Shown here: piece by piece, positions 1 to 9,130 of the stretch
How positions within the stretch are numbered: position 1 is the stretch's first letter
Layout of the letters: each line of letters starts with the position of its first letter
Assembly (NCBI GenBank): GCA_029938235.1
Contig: JAOZVH010000003.1
Location: 1-40,828 of the forward strand
Length of the DNA: 40,828 bases
DNA from: Bacteroidales bacterium
Lineage (GTDB): Bacteria; Bacteroidota; Bacteroidia; Bacteroidales; 4572-128
Reading direction: 5' to 3'
Made by a program: the position numbers and the translations under genes
Notes under the pieces: generated by a model
Databases searched by the model: none
Seen by the model: the letters and a program-made list of their open reading frames with translations, nothing else
Told to the model about the DNA's origin: nothing

Positions 1-1
1 T

Positions 2-190
2 GAGTGGTCAAATTATATTTGGTCTTGTAAAACCTGTAATCAAATCTTAAAAAGAAATTCTTTTAATTACACTTATCCGCTCTTAAATCCAACTAAAGAA
101 GCAGATTGTAAATGTTTACAATATCAAAAAGGTCGTTATACAATTATTGAAGAAATTAAAGATTATATGATATTTATAAAAAACGTTTGA
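2..190 (+). CDS. 3' end of an unidentified protein, truncated by the window edge (two Cys pairs, CxxC...CxC, zinc-ribbon-like)
   Basis: Frame 2 is open from the first bases to TGA 188-190. My translation is EWSNYIWSCKTCNQILKRNSFNYTYPLLNPTKEADCKCLQYQKGRYTIIEEIKDYMIFIKNV. No family recognised. Confidence 0.35.
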   Translation, partial: EWSNYIWSCKTCNQILKRNSFNYTYPLLNPTKEADCKCLQYQKGRYTIIEEIKDYMIFIKNV

Positions 191-462
191 AAATAACAGA
201 AGATGACACAAGAATAAATTATAGCACAAATATTGATCAAAGGAAAATTATTTTTCAATATATTTATGATAAAATTAAATTTATTTTGCAAGAAAAAGAA
301 GATTTTGATGATGATATACCAAATAAATACAAAGAAAAATTAGATCAATTAAAAGATTTTTTAAAATACGACATTTATAAATTTCTCATTAAAGAAGTTT
401 TTGTAGAAGAATTTAAAGAAAAATACCAAAATTTTGTATTTGATTGGGATAAGTATTTATAA
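187..462 (+). CDS. hypothetical K/E/D-rich 91-aa protein; either TTG-initiated (TTGA overlap with the upstream stop) or the -1 frame continuation of the upstream ORF
   Basis: 91 stop-free codons in very AT-rich DNA. There is no in-frame ATG, and the frame opens only at 181. Confidence 0.4.
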   Translation: MKITEDDTRINYSTNIDQRKIIFQYIYDKIKFILQEKEDFDDDIPNKYKEKLDQLKDFLKYDIYKFLIKEVFVEEFKEKYQNFVFDWDKYL

Positions 463-504
463 AATTAAAAAAATTGTAAATGTTTTTTTAATTTAAAAAT
501 TTCG

Positions 505-672
505 TAAAAAATTGGCGTTTTTTTGAAAAAAAATTTTTTCAAAAAAACGCCCAAAATTTCAACATTTTTTAATTTCGAAATAAAAAAAATTTTTTTTCAA
601 AATTCGTCCAAAATTTTAATATTTTATTTAAAAAAAAGTTTTTCAAAAAACGCCAATTTTTTAATGCTTTTT
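505..672. repeat. intergenic array of the CAAAAAWCGYCCAAAATTTT-core unit (1 reverse + 3 forward units); the head-to-head junction forms a 38-bp palindrome at 514-551
   Basis: Cores read directly: TTGGCG (rev), ACGCCCAAAATTT, TTCGTCCAAAATTTT, ACGCCAATTTT. Lies between convergent gene ends. Confidence 0.8.
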
Positions 673-674
673 AA

Positions 675-1934
675 TTATAGTCTTTCGTCTATAATTTGTT
701 TATCAAACATAGCTTTTAAATCAAAAACAACAGAATTTTTATCAAATTTTAGTTCTTTTAAATCCAAACTTTTAAACTCATTGTGTGAAACTGCAAGAAC
801 AATTGCTTTATATTTTTTATTTAATTTCTCTATTAATTTCAAAGAATATTCTTCATATACTTCTTCTTTTTTTGCCCAATTATCAAAAACATCAACATTT
901 GCACCGAAATTTTTCAATTCATTAATTAAATCAATAACTTTTGAATTTCTAATGTCCGGACAATTTTCCTTAAAAGTAATCCCAAGAACTAAAATATCAT
1001 TATTTAAAATATTATGTCCCTTTTTTATCATTAATTTGATAATGCGATTAGCAACATAAGTTCCCATATTATCATTAACGCGCCTACCAGAAAGAATAAT
1101 TTCCGGATGAAAATTTAATTCCTGAGCTTTATGAGTAAGATAGTAAGGATCAACACCTATGCAATGTCCTCCGACAAGACCCGGACGAAAAGGTAAAAAA
1201 TTCCATTTTGTCCCAGCTGCTTCCAAAACTTCAATAGTATCAATTCCCATTTTATGAAAGATCATTGAAAGTTCGTTTACAAAAGCAATGTTCAAATCTC
1301 GCTGAGAATTTTCTATAACCTTAGCCGCCTCAGCAACTTTTATAGATGATGCCATATAAGTTCCAGCAACTATAACCGATTTATATAAATCATCAACTTT
1401 TTTTGCTGTTTCAGGATTAGAACCAGAAGTAACTTTTAAAATTTTTGTTACTGTGTGAACTTTATCACCCGGATTAATTCGCTCCGGAGAATAAGCACAA
1501 TAAAAATCTTTATTAAATTTTAATCCACTAAATTTTTCCAAAACAGGAACACAATCTTCTTCTGTTGCTCCGGGATAAACAGTTGATTCATAAATAACTA
1601 TATCTTCTTTTTTTAAAATTTTACCAACTGTCTCAGAAGCTTTTATTAAAGGTGTTAAATCTGGACGTTTATTTTTATCTATTGGAGTTGGAACAGTTAC
1701 AATGTAATAATTACTATTTTTGATTCCTTCAATATCAGAAGTATAAGATAAAAATTCAGAAGATTTTAAATTAGAAATTTCAACCTCCAGAGTTTTGTCA
1801 ATACCACTTTCTAATTCTTTTATCCTCTTTTTATCTATATCAAAACCTATAGTTTCGTATTTTTTTCCAAACTCAACTGCAAGCGGTAAACCAACATAGC
1901 CTAATCCAATAACTGCAATTTTAATTTTACCCAT
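675..1934 (-). CDS. nucleotide-sugar dehydrogenase, UDP-glucose/GDP-mannose dehydrogenase family (TviB/WbpO-like)
   Basis: N-terminal Rossmann motif MGKIKIAVIGLGYVGLPLAVEFGKK and catalytic region GLVGGHCIGVDPYY, full length. I chose the internal ATG at 1934 because the ORF-track start at 1991 would overlap the upstream gene and adds only a K-rich leader. Confidence 0.85.
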   Translation of the reverse strand: MGKIKIAVIGLGYVGLPLAVEFGKKYETIGFDIDKKRIKELESGIDKTLEVEISNLKSSEFLSYTSDIEGIKNSNYYIVTVPTPIDKNKRPDLTPLIKASETVGKILKKEDIVIYESTVYPGATEEDCVPVLEKFSGLKFNKDFYCAYSPERINPGDKVHTVTKILKVTSGSNPETAKKVDDLYKSVIVAGTYMASSIKVAEAAKVIENSQRDLNIAFVNELSMIFHKMGIDTIEVLEAAGTKWNFLPFRPGLVGGHCIGVDPYYLTHKAQELNFHPEIILSGRRVNDNMGTYVANRIIKLMIKKGHNILNNDILVLGITFKENCPDIRNSKVIDLINELKNFGANVDVFDNWAKKEEVYEEYSLKLIEKLNKKYKAIVLAVSHNEFKSLDLKELKFDKNSVVFDLKAMFDKQIIDERL

Positions 1935-1953
1935 AAAAAGTTTTTTTTCAATT

Positions 1954-3000
1954 TTAATTATTTTTTTCAATTTTTTCAATTTTTTTCTCAATTAATTTTG
2001 TTTCTTCAACAAAAGAAAAAGAATTTGTTAAACTTGCTTTATTTTTATGTTCTTCAGGTTCTAATTTTGCAAATTTTACAAAGTCTGCTATGGAAAAAAT
2101 TTGTTTTAAATATTCTAAAATATCTTTTTCTAAAAAATTGTTTTCTTCAAAATCATTGATAATTTCTTCACTTGTTTGTTCCATCGCTTTAATTTTAAAA
2201 CGATTTTCTATATATACTCTTAGGATTTCAGTAAGCTTAGTATGAAATTTTTTATACTTTTTCTGTTCAATTAATTTTTTTTCTTTTAATTTATTTAAAT
2301 CAGCCATAGCAATAATATGAGCTGGTTTAGGTGGTTTTATTTTTCTGATAATAATTTCTTTAACTTTTTCTTTGAAAAAGAAATACCAAACAATAAGAAT
2401 AATAACTAAAATTCCAATTATTAAATATAAATAATATTTTGCAATAAAATTTCCTATTATTTTTTTTAATTCTTTGAAATTTAGTGGTGTTTCTTCTTTT
2501 TTCTTATTCGGTGCAACAGGAATTCCTTTTGTTGTGTCAGCTTTTGTTTTATGAATAAAACTGTCATTTTTAGAAAAAGAACGAATATTTAATTCTCCTG
2601 TTATACTATCTAACCATCCTCCAACATTATAAACATAAAAAGCTAATGCGTTTGAAAAAATAGTATCTTTATTTGCAATAACTGGAATTGGCGGAATTTG
2701 ATAAAAACCGCTGTCAAAAACAGAAATTGTAAACTTTTTTATAAGAAATTTTTTATCGTTTTTAAAGATTGTATCTATCTCAAAATGATTTATAACTTCA
2801 ACATCTTTTACAATGGTGTCTTGGAATAATGGAAATTGAATAAAAGAATTTTCTAAAAATTTAATTTTTAAATTTAATTTTACTTGGTCGCCTATCAAAA
2901 ATTGATTGGTGTCTAAACTAGCTTCCAAAGAAAGTTTCTGAGAAAAAATAAATAATGGATTTAATAAAAAAACAAGAAAAATAAATTTAATGATTTTCAT
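1954..3000 (-). CDS. membrane protein with a BatD-like N-terminal half, one TM helix and a DUF4381-like C-terminal half
   Basis: Signal peptide MKIIKFIFLVFLLNPLFIFSQ, central TM YLYLIIGILVIILIVWYFFF, and C-terminal ...ADFVKFAKLEP... motif typical of the aerotolerance-operon-associated family (recognised from memory). Confidence 0.45.
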   Translation of the reverse strand: MKIIKFIFLVFLLNPLFIFSQKLSLEASLDTNQFLIGDQVKLNLKIKFLENSFIQFPLFQDTIVKDVEVINHFEIDTIFKNDKKFLIKKFTISVFDSGFYQIPPIPVIANKDTIFSNALAFYVYNVGGWLDSITGELNIRSFSKNDSFIHKTKADTTKGIPVAPNKKKEETPLNFKELKKIIGNFIAKYYLYLIIGILVIILIVWYFFFKEKVKEIIIRKIKPPKPAHIIAMADLNKLKEKKLIEQKKYKKFHTKLTEILRVYIENRFKIKAMEQTSEEIINDFEENNFLEKDILEYLKQIFSIADFVKFAKLEPEEHKNKASLTNSFSFVEETKLIEKKIEKIEKNN

Positions 3001-3040
3001 TTTTTTAAATTTTAATAAAAAAGATTTTCAAAAAAAAATA

Positions 3041-3048
3041 CAAATTTA
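3041..3048 (-). promoter_or_regulatory. candidate Bacteroidetes -7 box (TAAATTTG on minus strand), 40 nt upstream of the 1954-3000 gene
   Basis: CAAATTTA on the plus strand matches the reverse complement of TAnnTTTG. It sits in a 10-bp-stem inverted repeat, TACAAATTTA (3039-3048) / TAAATTTGTA (3064-3073), just downstream of ridA. Confidence 0.3.
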
Positions 3049-3087
3049 AATAAAAATTTTAAATAAATTTGTATTTTTATTTATTTA

Positions 3088-3465
3088 TTATTTCATTGCA
3101 ATAACAGAAATTTCTACATTTACACTCAAAGGTAACTTAGCAACTTGAACTGTAGCACGAGCAGGAAAATACTTTTTAAAATATTTTCCGTAAACTTCAT
3201 TTATTTGGGGAAAATCATTCATGTCAGAAATAAAAATATTTGACATTACAATATCTTCGAAAGAATAATTCACTTCCTCTAAAATGAAACTTATATTTTT
3301 CATAACTTGTTCTGTTTCTTCTTTTATTCCGTTTTTTATTAATTGACCACTCTCAACATCAAATGGAATTTGTCCAGAAACATATAAGGTTTTATTTTTC
3401 AAAACAGCCTGACTGTAAGGTCCTATAGGCTTTGGTGCTTTATTAGAATTTACTATTTTTTTCAT
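3088..3465 (-). CDS. ridA: RidA family reactive-intermediate (enamine/imine) deaminase
   Basis: 125 aa. KAPKPIGPYSQAV...LYVSGQIP...ARATVQVAKLP are hallmark YjgF/RidA motifs. Confidence 0.9.
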   Translation of the reverse strand: MKKIVNSNKAPKPIGPYSQAVLKNKTLYVSGQIPFDVESGQLIKNGIKEETEQVMKNISFILEEVNYSFEDIVMSNIFISDMNDFPQINEVYGKYFKKYFPARATVQVAKLPLSVNVEISVIAMK

Positions 3466-3470
3466 AAAAA

Positions 3471-3989
3471 TTACAAATTTTTATTATCCATTAACCAAAC
3501 ATTTAATTCTGAATAAATTGCTTTCAATTTTTTCTGCTCTTTAAGGGCAATTCTATAACTTTTATAAGTTATACAAACTCTTTTAAAATTATCTTTTCCA
3601 TAAAGAATTTCTGCTGTAGTTCCTGCTTTTTCAATTTTTGATTTCAATTTCAAAGCATTATCAGAATTTTTAAAACTACCAACAATAACATAATACTTTT
3701 TTTCTTTTGGCTTAGGAGCTTCTTCTATAACTTCCATGCGAACAGTATCTGGAGAATTTTCTACCATTTCTTCATTTACCATTTCGCTACTATCATTTTC
3801 AACTACTAAATTACTGTCGTTTTCAGTACTATCATTTTCAACAATTTCGTTATTATTCATTAACGAATCTTCAACAACAACATTTGTATCTTCTTGTACA
3901 ATGTTTTCTGCGTTTTCTTTTTTCTTAGGTTTACAAGAAAAAAGTAAACAAAAACTCAAAGCAATAGTTAAAATAGTTATTATTTTCAT
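3471..3989 (-). CDS. SPOR-domain lipoprotein
   Basis: Lipoprotein signal ...LLFSC, an acidic N/E/D-rich linker, and a C-terminal YYVIVGSFKNSDNALKLKSKIEKAG... SPOR-like module. Confidence 0.7.
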   Translation of the reverse strand: MKIITILTIALSFCLLFSCKPKKKENAENIVQEDTNVVVEDSLMNNNEIVENDSTENDSNLVVENDSSEMVNEEMVENSPDTVRMEVIEEAPKPKEKKYYVIVGSFKNSDNALKLKSKIEKAGTTAEILYGKDNFKRVCITYKSYRIALKEQKKLKAIYSELNVWLMDNKNL

Positions 3990-4088
3990 ACCTAATATTT
4001 TATATTAAAAATAAATTTTTTACAATTATAAATATTTTTTTTCAAATTTATTTTTTTTTTTATAAAAAAAATTAAAAAATTAATTCCA

Positions 4089-7000
4089 ATGAAAAAAATT
4101 ATAATTTTTATTTTTCTAATGCCATTTTTTGTAAAGTCTCAAATTATTGAAAATTTTGATTATGAGAATTTTGAAGAAAATATTTTGTGGACAGGAAATT
4201 TAGAGGATTTTACAATAAATTCCTCTCAACAATTAAAATTAAATGCCGAAAATGCAGGAACTTCATTTATTATTTTGGAAAATAATTTTTTTGAAAAAAC
4301 CTCTTGGGAATTTTGGATAAAACAATCTTTTAATTCTTCTGCGAATAATTACACTCGGATTTATTTTTTTTCTGATAATGAAAATTTAAATGATTTACAA
4401 AATGCTTATTTTTTGCAAATTGGTGGTTCAAATGATTCTTTAAATTTCTTCAAAAAAAACCTTGAAAATGAAGAAAAAATTTTTACCGGAAGTTTTGCAT
4501 TTCTTGGAAACTCAACTAATGCTTTGAAAATCAAGGTAGAAAGAGATGAAATTGGAGTTTGGAAAATTTTTTCTAAAAATGACGAAAATGATAATTTTGT
4601 TTTTGAAGGTGCTTTTTTTGAAAATACTTATAACACAAGTAATTATTTTGGGATTTTTTGTAAATATACTTCCAGCAATTCTAAAAAATTTTATTTCGAC
4701 GACATTTTAATAAAAGAAATTGTTGAAGACACAATTTCGCCGAAAATAGAAAATTTTGAAATTATTTCTCAACATCAAATAAAAATTTCTTTTTCTGAAG
4801 AAATTGAAAAAAAAACTGCCGAAAACATAAATAATTATTTTGTAAATTTTGAAATTGGTAAACCAAATTTTGCCATTTTGGAAAATTCAAATGAAGTTAT
4901 TTTAACTTTTGAAAGTTATTTTTTGGAAGAAAAAAATTATAATATTATTATAAAAAATATAGAAGATTTGAATGAAAATAGAATTTTTGACACAAATTTT
5001 GATTTTGTTTTTTTTGAAATTTCTGCATTTGATATTGTAATAAATGAAATTATGGCGGACCCAACACCAGTTGTAGAAATGCCTGAATTTGAATATATTG
5101 AGCTATTTAATAATTCTAATTTTGATATTTTTATGGAAAATTGGACTTTAAATTCTGCTGGAGTTTCAAAAAAAATTCCAAACATTAATTTAAAAAAAGA
5201 TAGTTTTTTAATTTTATGTAAAACGTCTGCTTTTGAAGAATTGTCTAATTTTGGAAAAACCGTAGCAATTACAAGTTTTCCAAGTCTTACAAATTCTGGA
5301 AAAGATATTTCTATAAAAAATGAAAATGGAGAAATTATTGACAGTGTTTTTTACAAAGAAAATTGGTATCAAGATGAGGAAAAAAATGACGGAGGTTATT
5401 CGCTCGAAAGAATTGACCCAAATAATGTTTGTGGAGAATTGCAAAATTGGTGTGTTTCTGCAGATGAAAAAGGAGGAACACCATCTGAAAAAAATTCCGT
5501 ATTAAAAAGTAATTTAGATTTTATTGCTCTGGAAGTTTTAGAAATTTCAATTTTAGATACAAACAATCTTTTGATTATTTTTTCCGAAAATATAAATATA
5601 AATTCTGTAAATTTGAATAATTTTATTCTAAATGATGATCCAAACTCTACAGAGAGTTTTTATTTTGAATATGAAAATTCAAAAAATTTAGTGCTTTTTT
5701 TCAAAAAAAATTTTTTTCAAAATGAAACTTATAATTTAGAAATTAGAAATATAAAAGACCTTTGCGACAATGAATTAAAAAAAACAAATTTTGAATTTGT
5801 TTATCATAAACCAGATGCTTTTGATATTTTAATTAATGAAATTATGGCGGACCCGTCTCCAAGTTTTCAATTGCCAGAATTTGAATATATTGAAATATTT
5901 AATAAAAGTAATTTTGATATTTCTTTGAGAAATTGGATTTTGGAAATAGGAGATTCTAAAAAGATAATTCCAAATTACAATTTCAAAAAAAATACATATT
6001 TGTTAATTTGCAAAGAAGAAAATAAAAAATATTTTGAAAATTTTGGAAATGTTTTGGGAATTTCCTCTCTGACATTAAAAAATGATGGAGAAATTATTAT
6101 TTTGAGAGACCATACAAATAAAATTATTCACTCTGTGAATTATGAAATAACTTGGTATAAAAATGAAAATCGTTCCGAAGGCGGTTTTTCTTTGGAACAA
6201 ATTGACGTTAAAAATCCTTGCGGAGAATTTGAAAATTGGAGTGCTTCCGCAGATGAAAAAGGAGGTACGCCTTGCGGCGAAAATTCTGTAATTGATGAAA
6301 ATTTAGATTTGCAATTGCCTGAATTAGAAAGAGTTGCATTTATTTCTAACAATAAAATTTCTTTAATTTTTAATGAAAAATTGGATACAAGTAAGATTTT
6401 TATAAAAAGTTTTTCTGTAGAAAATTTTGAAGAACCAAAAAAAATGTTTTTTGGTTCGCCAACTTATAAATCTGTAATTTTGGAATTTGAAAATGATTTT
6501 GAAAATTCAAAAATTTATAATGTAAATTTGGATAATGAAATTTTTGATTGCGTTGGCAATTCAATAAAAGAAAATAGCAATTCAAAATTTTCCATTCCAG
6601 AAAAAGCGGATTTTTCGGATATTTTGATAAATGAAATTTTATTTAATCCCAGAGGGGAAAGTGCAGATTTTATAGAAATTTATAATTCCTCTAATAAAAC
6701 TATAGATTTAAAAGATATTTTTATCGCAGAAAGAGAAGAAAATTTTAAGAATTTAAAAAATCTAAAACAAATTTATGAAAGTAGTTTTTTAATTTTTCCA
6801 AAGGAATTTAAAGTTTTGACGAAAGATATTGAAAATATAAAAAATGAATTTTTTTGTAAAAATGAAAATAATTTTATAGAAATAAAAGACTTGCAAAATT
6901 TATCAAATGAAAATGGAAATTTTATTTTATGCAATCGTTTGGAGGAAATTATTGACGAATTTTATTATAATGAAAATATGCATTTTGCTTTATTAAGTTC

Positions 7001-7451
7001 TTATGAAGGAGTTTCGCTGGAAAGAATTTCTTATGAAAATGAAACAAATGATAAAAATAATTGGTTTTCGGCTTCTGAAACTGTTGGTTTTGCTACACCA
7101 ACTTATGAAAATTCGCAGCACTCTGATTTTAAAGAAATTACAGAAGAAATTATTTTATCTCCGGAAGTTTTCACTCCGAATAATGACGGAAAAGAGGATT
7201 TTGTTAAAATAAATTATAAATTTAATGAAAACGGATATATTGGAAATCTTATGATTTTTGATTCGAAAGGTAGAAAAGTTAAAACATTGATAAACAATGA
7301 ATTATTATCTTTAGAAGGTTTTTTTATATGGAATGGTTTAAATGAAAATAATGAAAAATTAAAAATTGGAATGTATATAATTTTTCTTGAAATTTTTAAT
7401 CTTGATGGAATTGTAAAAAATTATAAAAAAAATGTTGTTATTGCACATTAA
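4089..7451 (+). CDS. large secreted protein with three lamin-tail (LTD) domains and a T9SS type-B (gliding-motility) C-terminal sorting domain
   Basis: Signal peptide. Three copies of (I/L)INEI(M/L)..P....(P)EF(E)YIE(L/I)(F/Y)N. C-terminus VFTPNNDGKEDFV...IFDSKGRKV...W.G. Confidence 0.8.
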   Translation: MKKIIIFIFLMPFFVKSQIIENFDYENFEENILWTGNLEDFTINSSQQLKLNAENAGTSFIILENNFFEKTSWEFWIKQSFNSSANNYTRIYFFSDNENLNDLQNAYFLQIGGSNDSLNFFKKNLENEEKIFTGSFAFLGNSTNALKIKVERDEIGVWKIFSKNDENDNFVFEGAFFENTYNTSNYFGIFCKYTSSNSKKFYFDDILIKEIVEDTISPKIENFEIISQHQIKISFSEEIEKKTAENINNYFVNFEIGKPNFAILENSNEVILTFESYFLEEKNYNIIIKNIEDLNENRIFDTNFDFVFFEISAFDIVINEIMADPTPVVEMPEFEYIELFNNSNFDIFMENWTLNSAGVSKKIPNINLKKDSFLILCKTSAFEELSNFGKTVAITSFPSLTNSGKDISIKNENGEIIDSVFYKENWYQDEEKNDGGYSLERIDPNNVCGELQNWCVSADEKGGTPSEKNSVLKSNLDFIALEVLEISILDTNNLLIIFSENININSVNLNNFILNDDPNSTESFYFEYENSKNLVLFFKKNFFQNETYNLEIRNIKDLCDNELKKTNFEFVYHKPDAFDILINEIMADPSPSFQLPEFEYIEIFNKSNFDISLRNWILEIGDSKKIIPNYNFKKNTYLLICKEENKKYFENFGNVLGISSLTLKNDGEIIILRDHTNKIIHSVNYEITWYKNENRSEGGFSLEQIDVKNPCGEFENWSASADEKGGTPCGENSVIDENLDLQLPELERVAFISNNKISLIFNEKLDTSKIFIKSFSVENFEEPKKMFFGSPTYKSVILEFENDFENSKIYNVNLDNEIFDCVGNSIKENSNSKFSIPEKADFSDILINEILFNPRGESADFIEIYNSSNKTIDLKDIFIAEREENFKNLKNLKQIYESSFLIFPKEFKVLTKDIENIKNEFFCKNENNFIEIKDLQNLSNENGNFILCNRLEEIIDEFYYNENMHFALLSSYEGVSLERISYENETNDKNNWFSASETVGFATPTYENSQHSDFKEITEEIILSPEVFTPNNDGKEDFVKINYKFNENGYIGNLMIFDSKGRKVKTLINNELLSLEGFFIWNGLNENNEKLKIGMYIIFLEIFNLDGIVKNYKKNVVIAH

Positions 7452-7457
7452 ATTTCA

Positions 7458-7535
7458 TTAAAAAAAATTTTTTCAAAAAACGTACAAAATTTTAATAAAT
7501 TCAAAATTAAAAAAATATTTTTCAAAAAAAATTAA
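7458..7535 (+). repeat. one clear plus one degenerate copy of the intergenic unit
   Basis: AAAAAAATTTTTTCAAAAAACGTACAAAATTTTAAT read directly. Confidence 0.6.
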
Positions 7536-7541
7536 ACTTCT

Positions 7542-8312
7542 ATGTATTTAAAATTTTTATTATTTATAATTTTCTTTATTTTTTATTTCTCCATTTATTC
7601 TCAAAATAAAATAGACTCCATAATACCAGAAACAGCTTTTAAAATAGGGGAAACTTTAAAATATGAAATTCGCTATTCTTTTATAAAAGGTGGTGAAGCA
7701 AGTATTTCTATAGATTTAAAAAAAATTGGTTATAATTTTTATTATCACATAGTTGCGAAAGCACAAACTTCCGGAATAGCGGATAAATTTTTTACAATTA
7801 GAGATGTTTATGAAAGTTATGCTGATATTGTTAACGTTCTTCCAATAAAATCAATTAGGAATATACATGAGGAAAATTATCGTCGTTATAACGAAGTTTT
7901 GTTTGACAGGAAAAAAAATAAAGTTTATTCTTTAAAATCCGGAGAGCATGAAGTTCCGGCGAATATTTTAGATCTTCTTTCTGCTTTTTATTATGCGCGA
8001 AGTTTTGTTTTCAAAAATTTAAAAAAAAATCAGATTATTGAATTAAATACTTTTTTTGATGAAGAGATTTTATTATTAAAACTTAGATATAAAAAAAAAG
8101 AAAAAGTAAAAACAAAATTCGGAAAAATAGAATGTTTATTGTTTGTTCCGGTAATAGAAAAAGAAAGTTTTTTTAGAAAAGAAAAAGATTTAAAAATTTG
8201 GGTAACAAATGAAAAAAATCTTGTTCCAATAAAAATACGAGCAAATTTATTCTTTGGAACAGCAAAATGTGATCTAATAGAATTTGAAAATTTAAAATAC
8301 AAAGATTTTTAA
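7542..8312 (+). CDS. DUF3108 domain-containing protein
   Basis: Signal peptide plus GETLKYEIRYSFIKGGEASISI, the typical DUF3108 opening, and the expected length (~256 aa). Confidence 0.7.
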   Translation: MYLKFLLFIIFFIFYFSIYSQNKIDSIIPETAFKIGETLKYEIRYSFIKGGEASISIDLKKIGYNFYYHIVAKAQTSGIADKFFTIRDVYESYADIVNVLPIKSIRNIHEENYRRYNEVLFDRKKNKVYSLKSGEHEVPANILDLLSAFYYARSFVFKNLKKNQIIELNTFFDEEILLLKLRYKKKEKVKTKFGKIECLLFVPVIEKESFFRKEKDLKIWVTNEKNLVPIKIRANLFFGTAKCDLIEFENLKYKDF

Positions 8313-8349
8313 TGAGAGATTAATAATATATATTAGAAATATAAACAAA

Positions 8350-8600
8350 AAAAAATTAAAATTTTGGACGATTTTTGAAAAAAAATTTTTTTAAATCAAA
8401 ATAAAAAATATTGAAATTTTGAACGATTTTTGAAAAAATTTTTTTTTATTTTGAAATTAAAAAATATTAAAATTTTGGACGATTTTTGAAAAAAATTTTT
8501 TTTATTTTGAGATTAAAAAATATTAAAATTTTGGACGGTTTTTGAAAAAAATTTTTTTTTAATTAAAAAAAATTGCGTTTTTTTGAAAAATTTTTTTTTA
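8350..8600 (-). repeat. array of about 5 units of the intergenic repeat in reverse orientation (AAAATTTTGGACGATTTTTGAAAAAAA)
   Basis: Cores GGACGA, GAACGA, GGACGA, GGACGG and TGCGTT follow each other at roughly 55-58 bp intervals. Confidence 0.85.
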
Positions 8601-8605
8601 AAATT

Positions 8606-9106
8606 ATGAATAAATTTCTAAGAATTTGGGTAATTACTCTAAGTGATAGAGCAAGTAAAGGTGTTTACAAAGATAAAAGTGGTGAATTATTAAAAAAACT
8701 TTTAAAAAATTTTTTTGAAGATTCCATGTGGGATTTTGAAATTAAAAAATTTATAATCTCTGATGATAAAATTATTTTCGCAAAAAAGTTAGAAGATGCA
8801 AAAAATCAAAATATAAATTTATTATTTACTACCGGCGGAACAGGTATTTCTAAAAAAGATATTACAATAGATGTAGTAAAAACTTTTCTTGATAAAGAAA
8901 TAAATGGAATTATGGAAATGATTCGTTTTAAATATGGACAAATTAATCCAAAAGCGATGCTTAGTAGAAGTGTTGCAGGAATTATGAAAAATACACAAGT
9001 TTATTGTTTACCAGGTAGTCAAAAAGCTGTTGAAGAATATATGAATGAAATTTTTAAAATATTAGAGCATAGTATTTTTATGCAAAATGATATAGATGTT
9101 CATTAA
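8606..9106 (+). CDS. mogA: molybdopterin adenylyltransferase MogA-type protein
   Basis: LRIWVITLSDRASKGVYKDKSG...TTGGTGISKKD...LPGSQKA matches the MogA/MoaB fold. I moved the start to ATG 8606 because 8573-8605 is a repeat unit. Confidence 0.8.
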   Translation: MNKFLRIWVITLSDRASKGVYKDKSGELLKKLLKNFFEDSMWDFEIKKFIISDDKIIFAKKLEDAKNQNINLLFTTGGTGISKKDITIDVVKTFLDKEINGIMEMIRFKYGQINPKAMLSRSVAGIMKNTQVYCLPGSQKAVEEYMNEIFKILEHSIFMQNDIDVH

Positions 9107-9130
9107 AATTTAAAGATTAAAAAAAATAAT

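Noticed and set aside
523-1059. ORF-track ORFs built on repeat DNA or on the antisense of real genes: 523-1059 (+), 14724-14930 (+), 30897-31130 (+), 35952-36143 (+).
   Set aside because: Their translations are F/K/N-rich readings of the tandem units or the MITE ends (for example FFKKRPKF, FSKNAQNFNIF). 523-1059 additionally runs antisense through the well-supported dehydrogenase gene. There is no family resemblance.
1935-1991. Longer N-termini in the ORF track for the dehydrogenase (start 1991) and MogA (start 8573).
   Set aside because: The 1991 start overlaps the upstream gene and adds a MRKKLKKLKKIIKIEKKLF leader before the canonical MGKIKIAVIGLGYVG Rossmann start. The 8573 TTG start lies in a repeat unit. 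Internal ATGs at 1934 and 8606 fit the conserved family N-termini.
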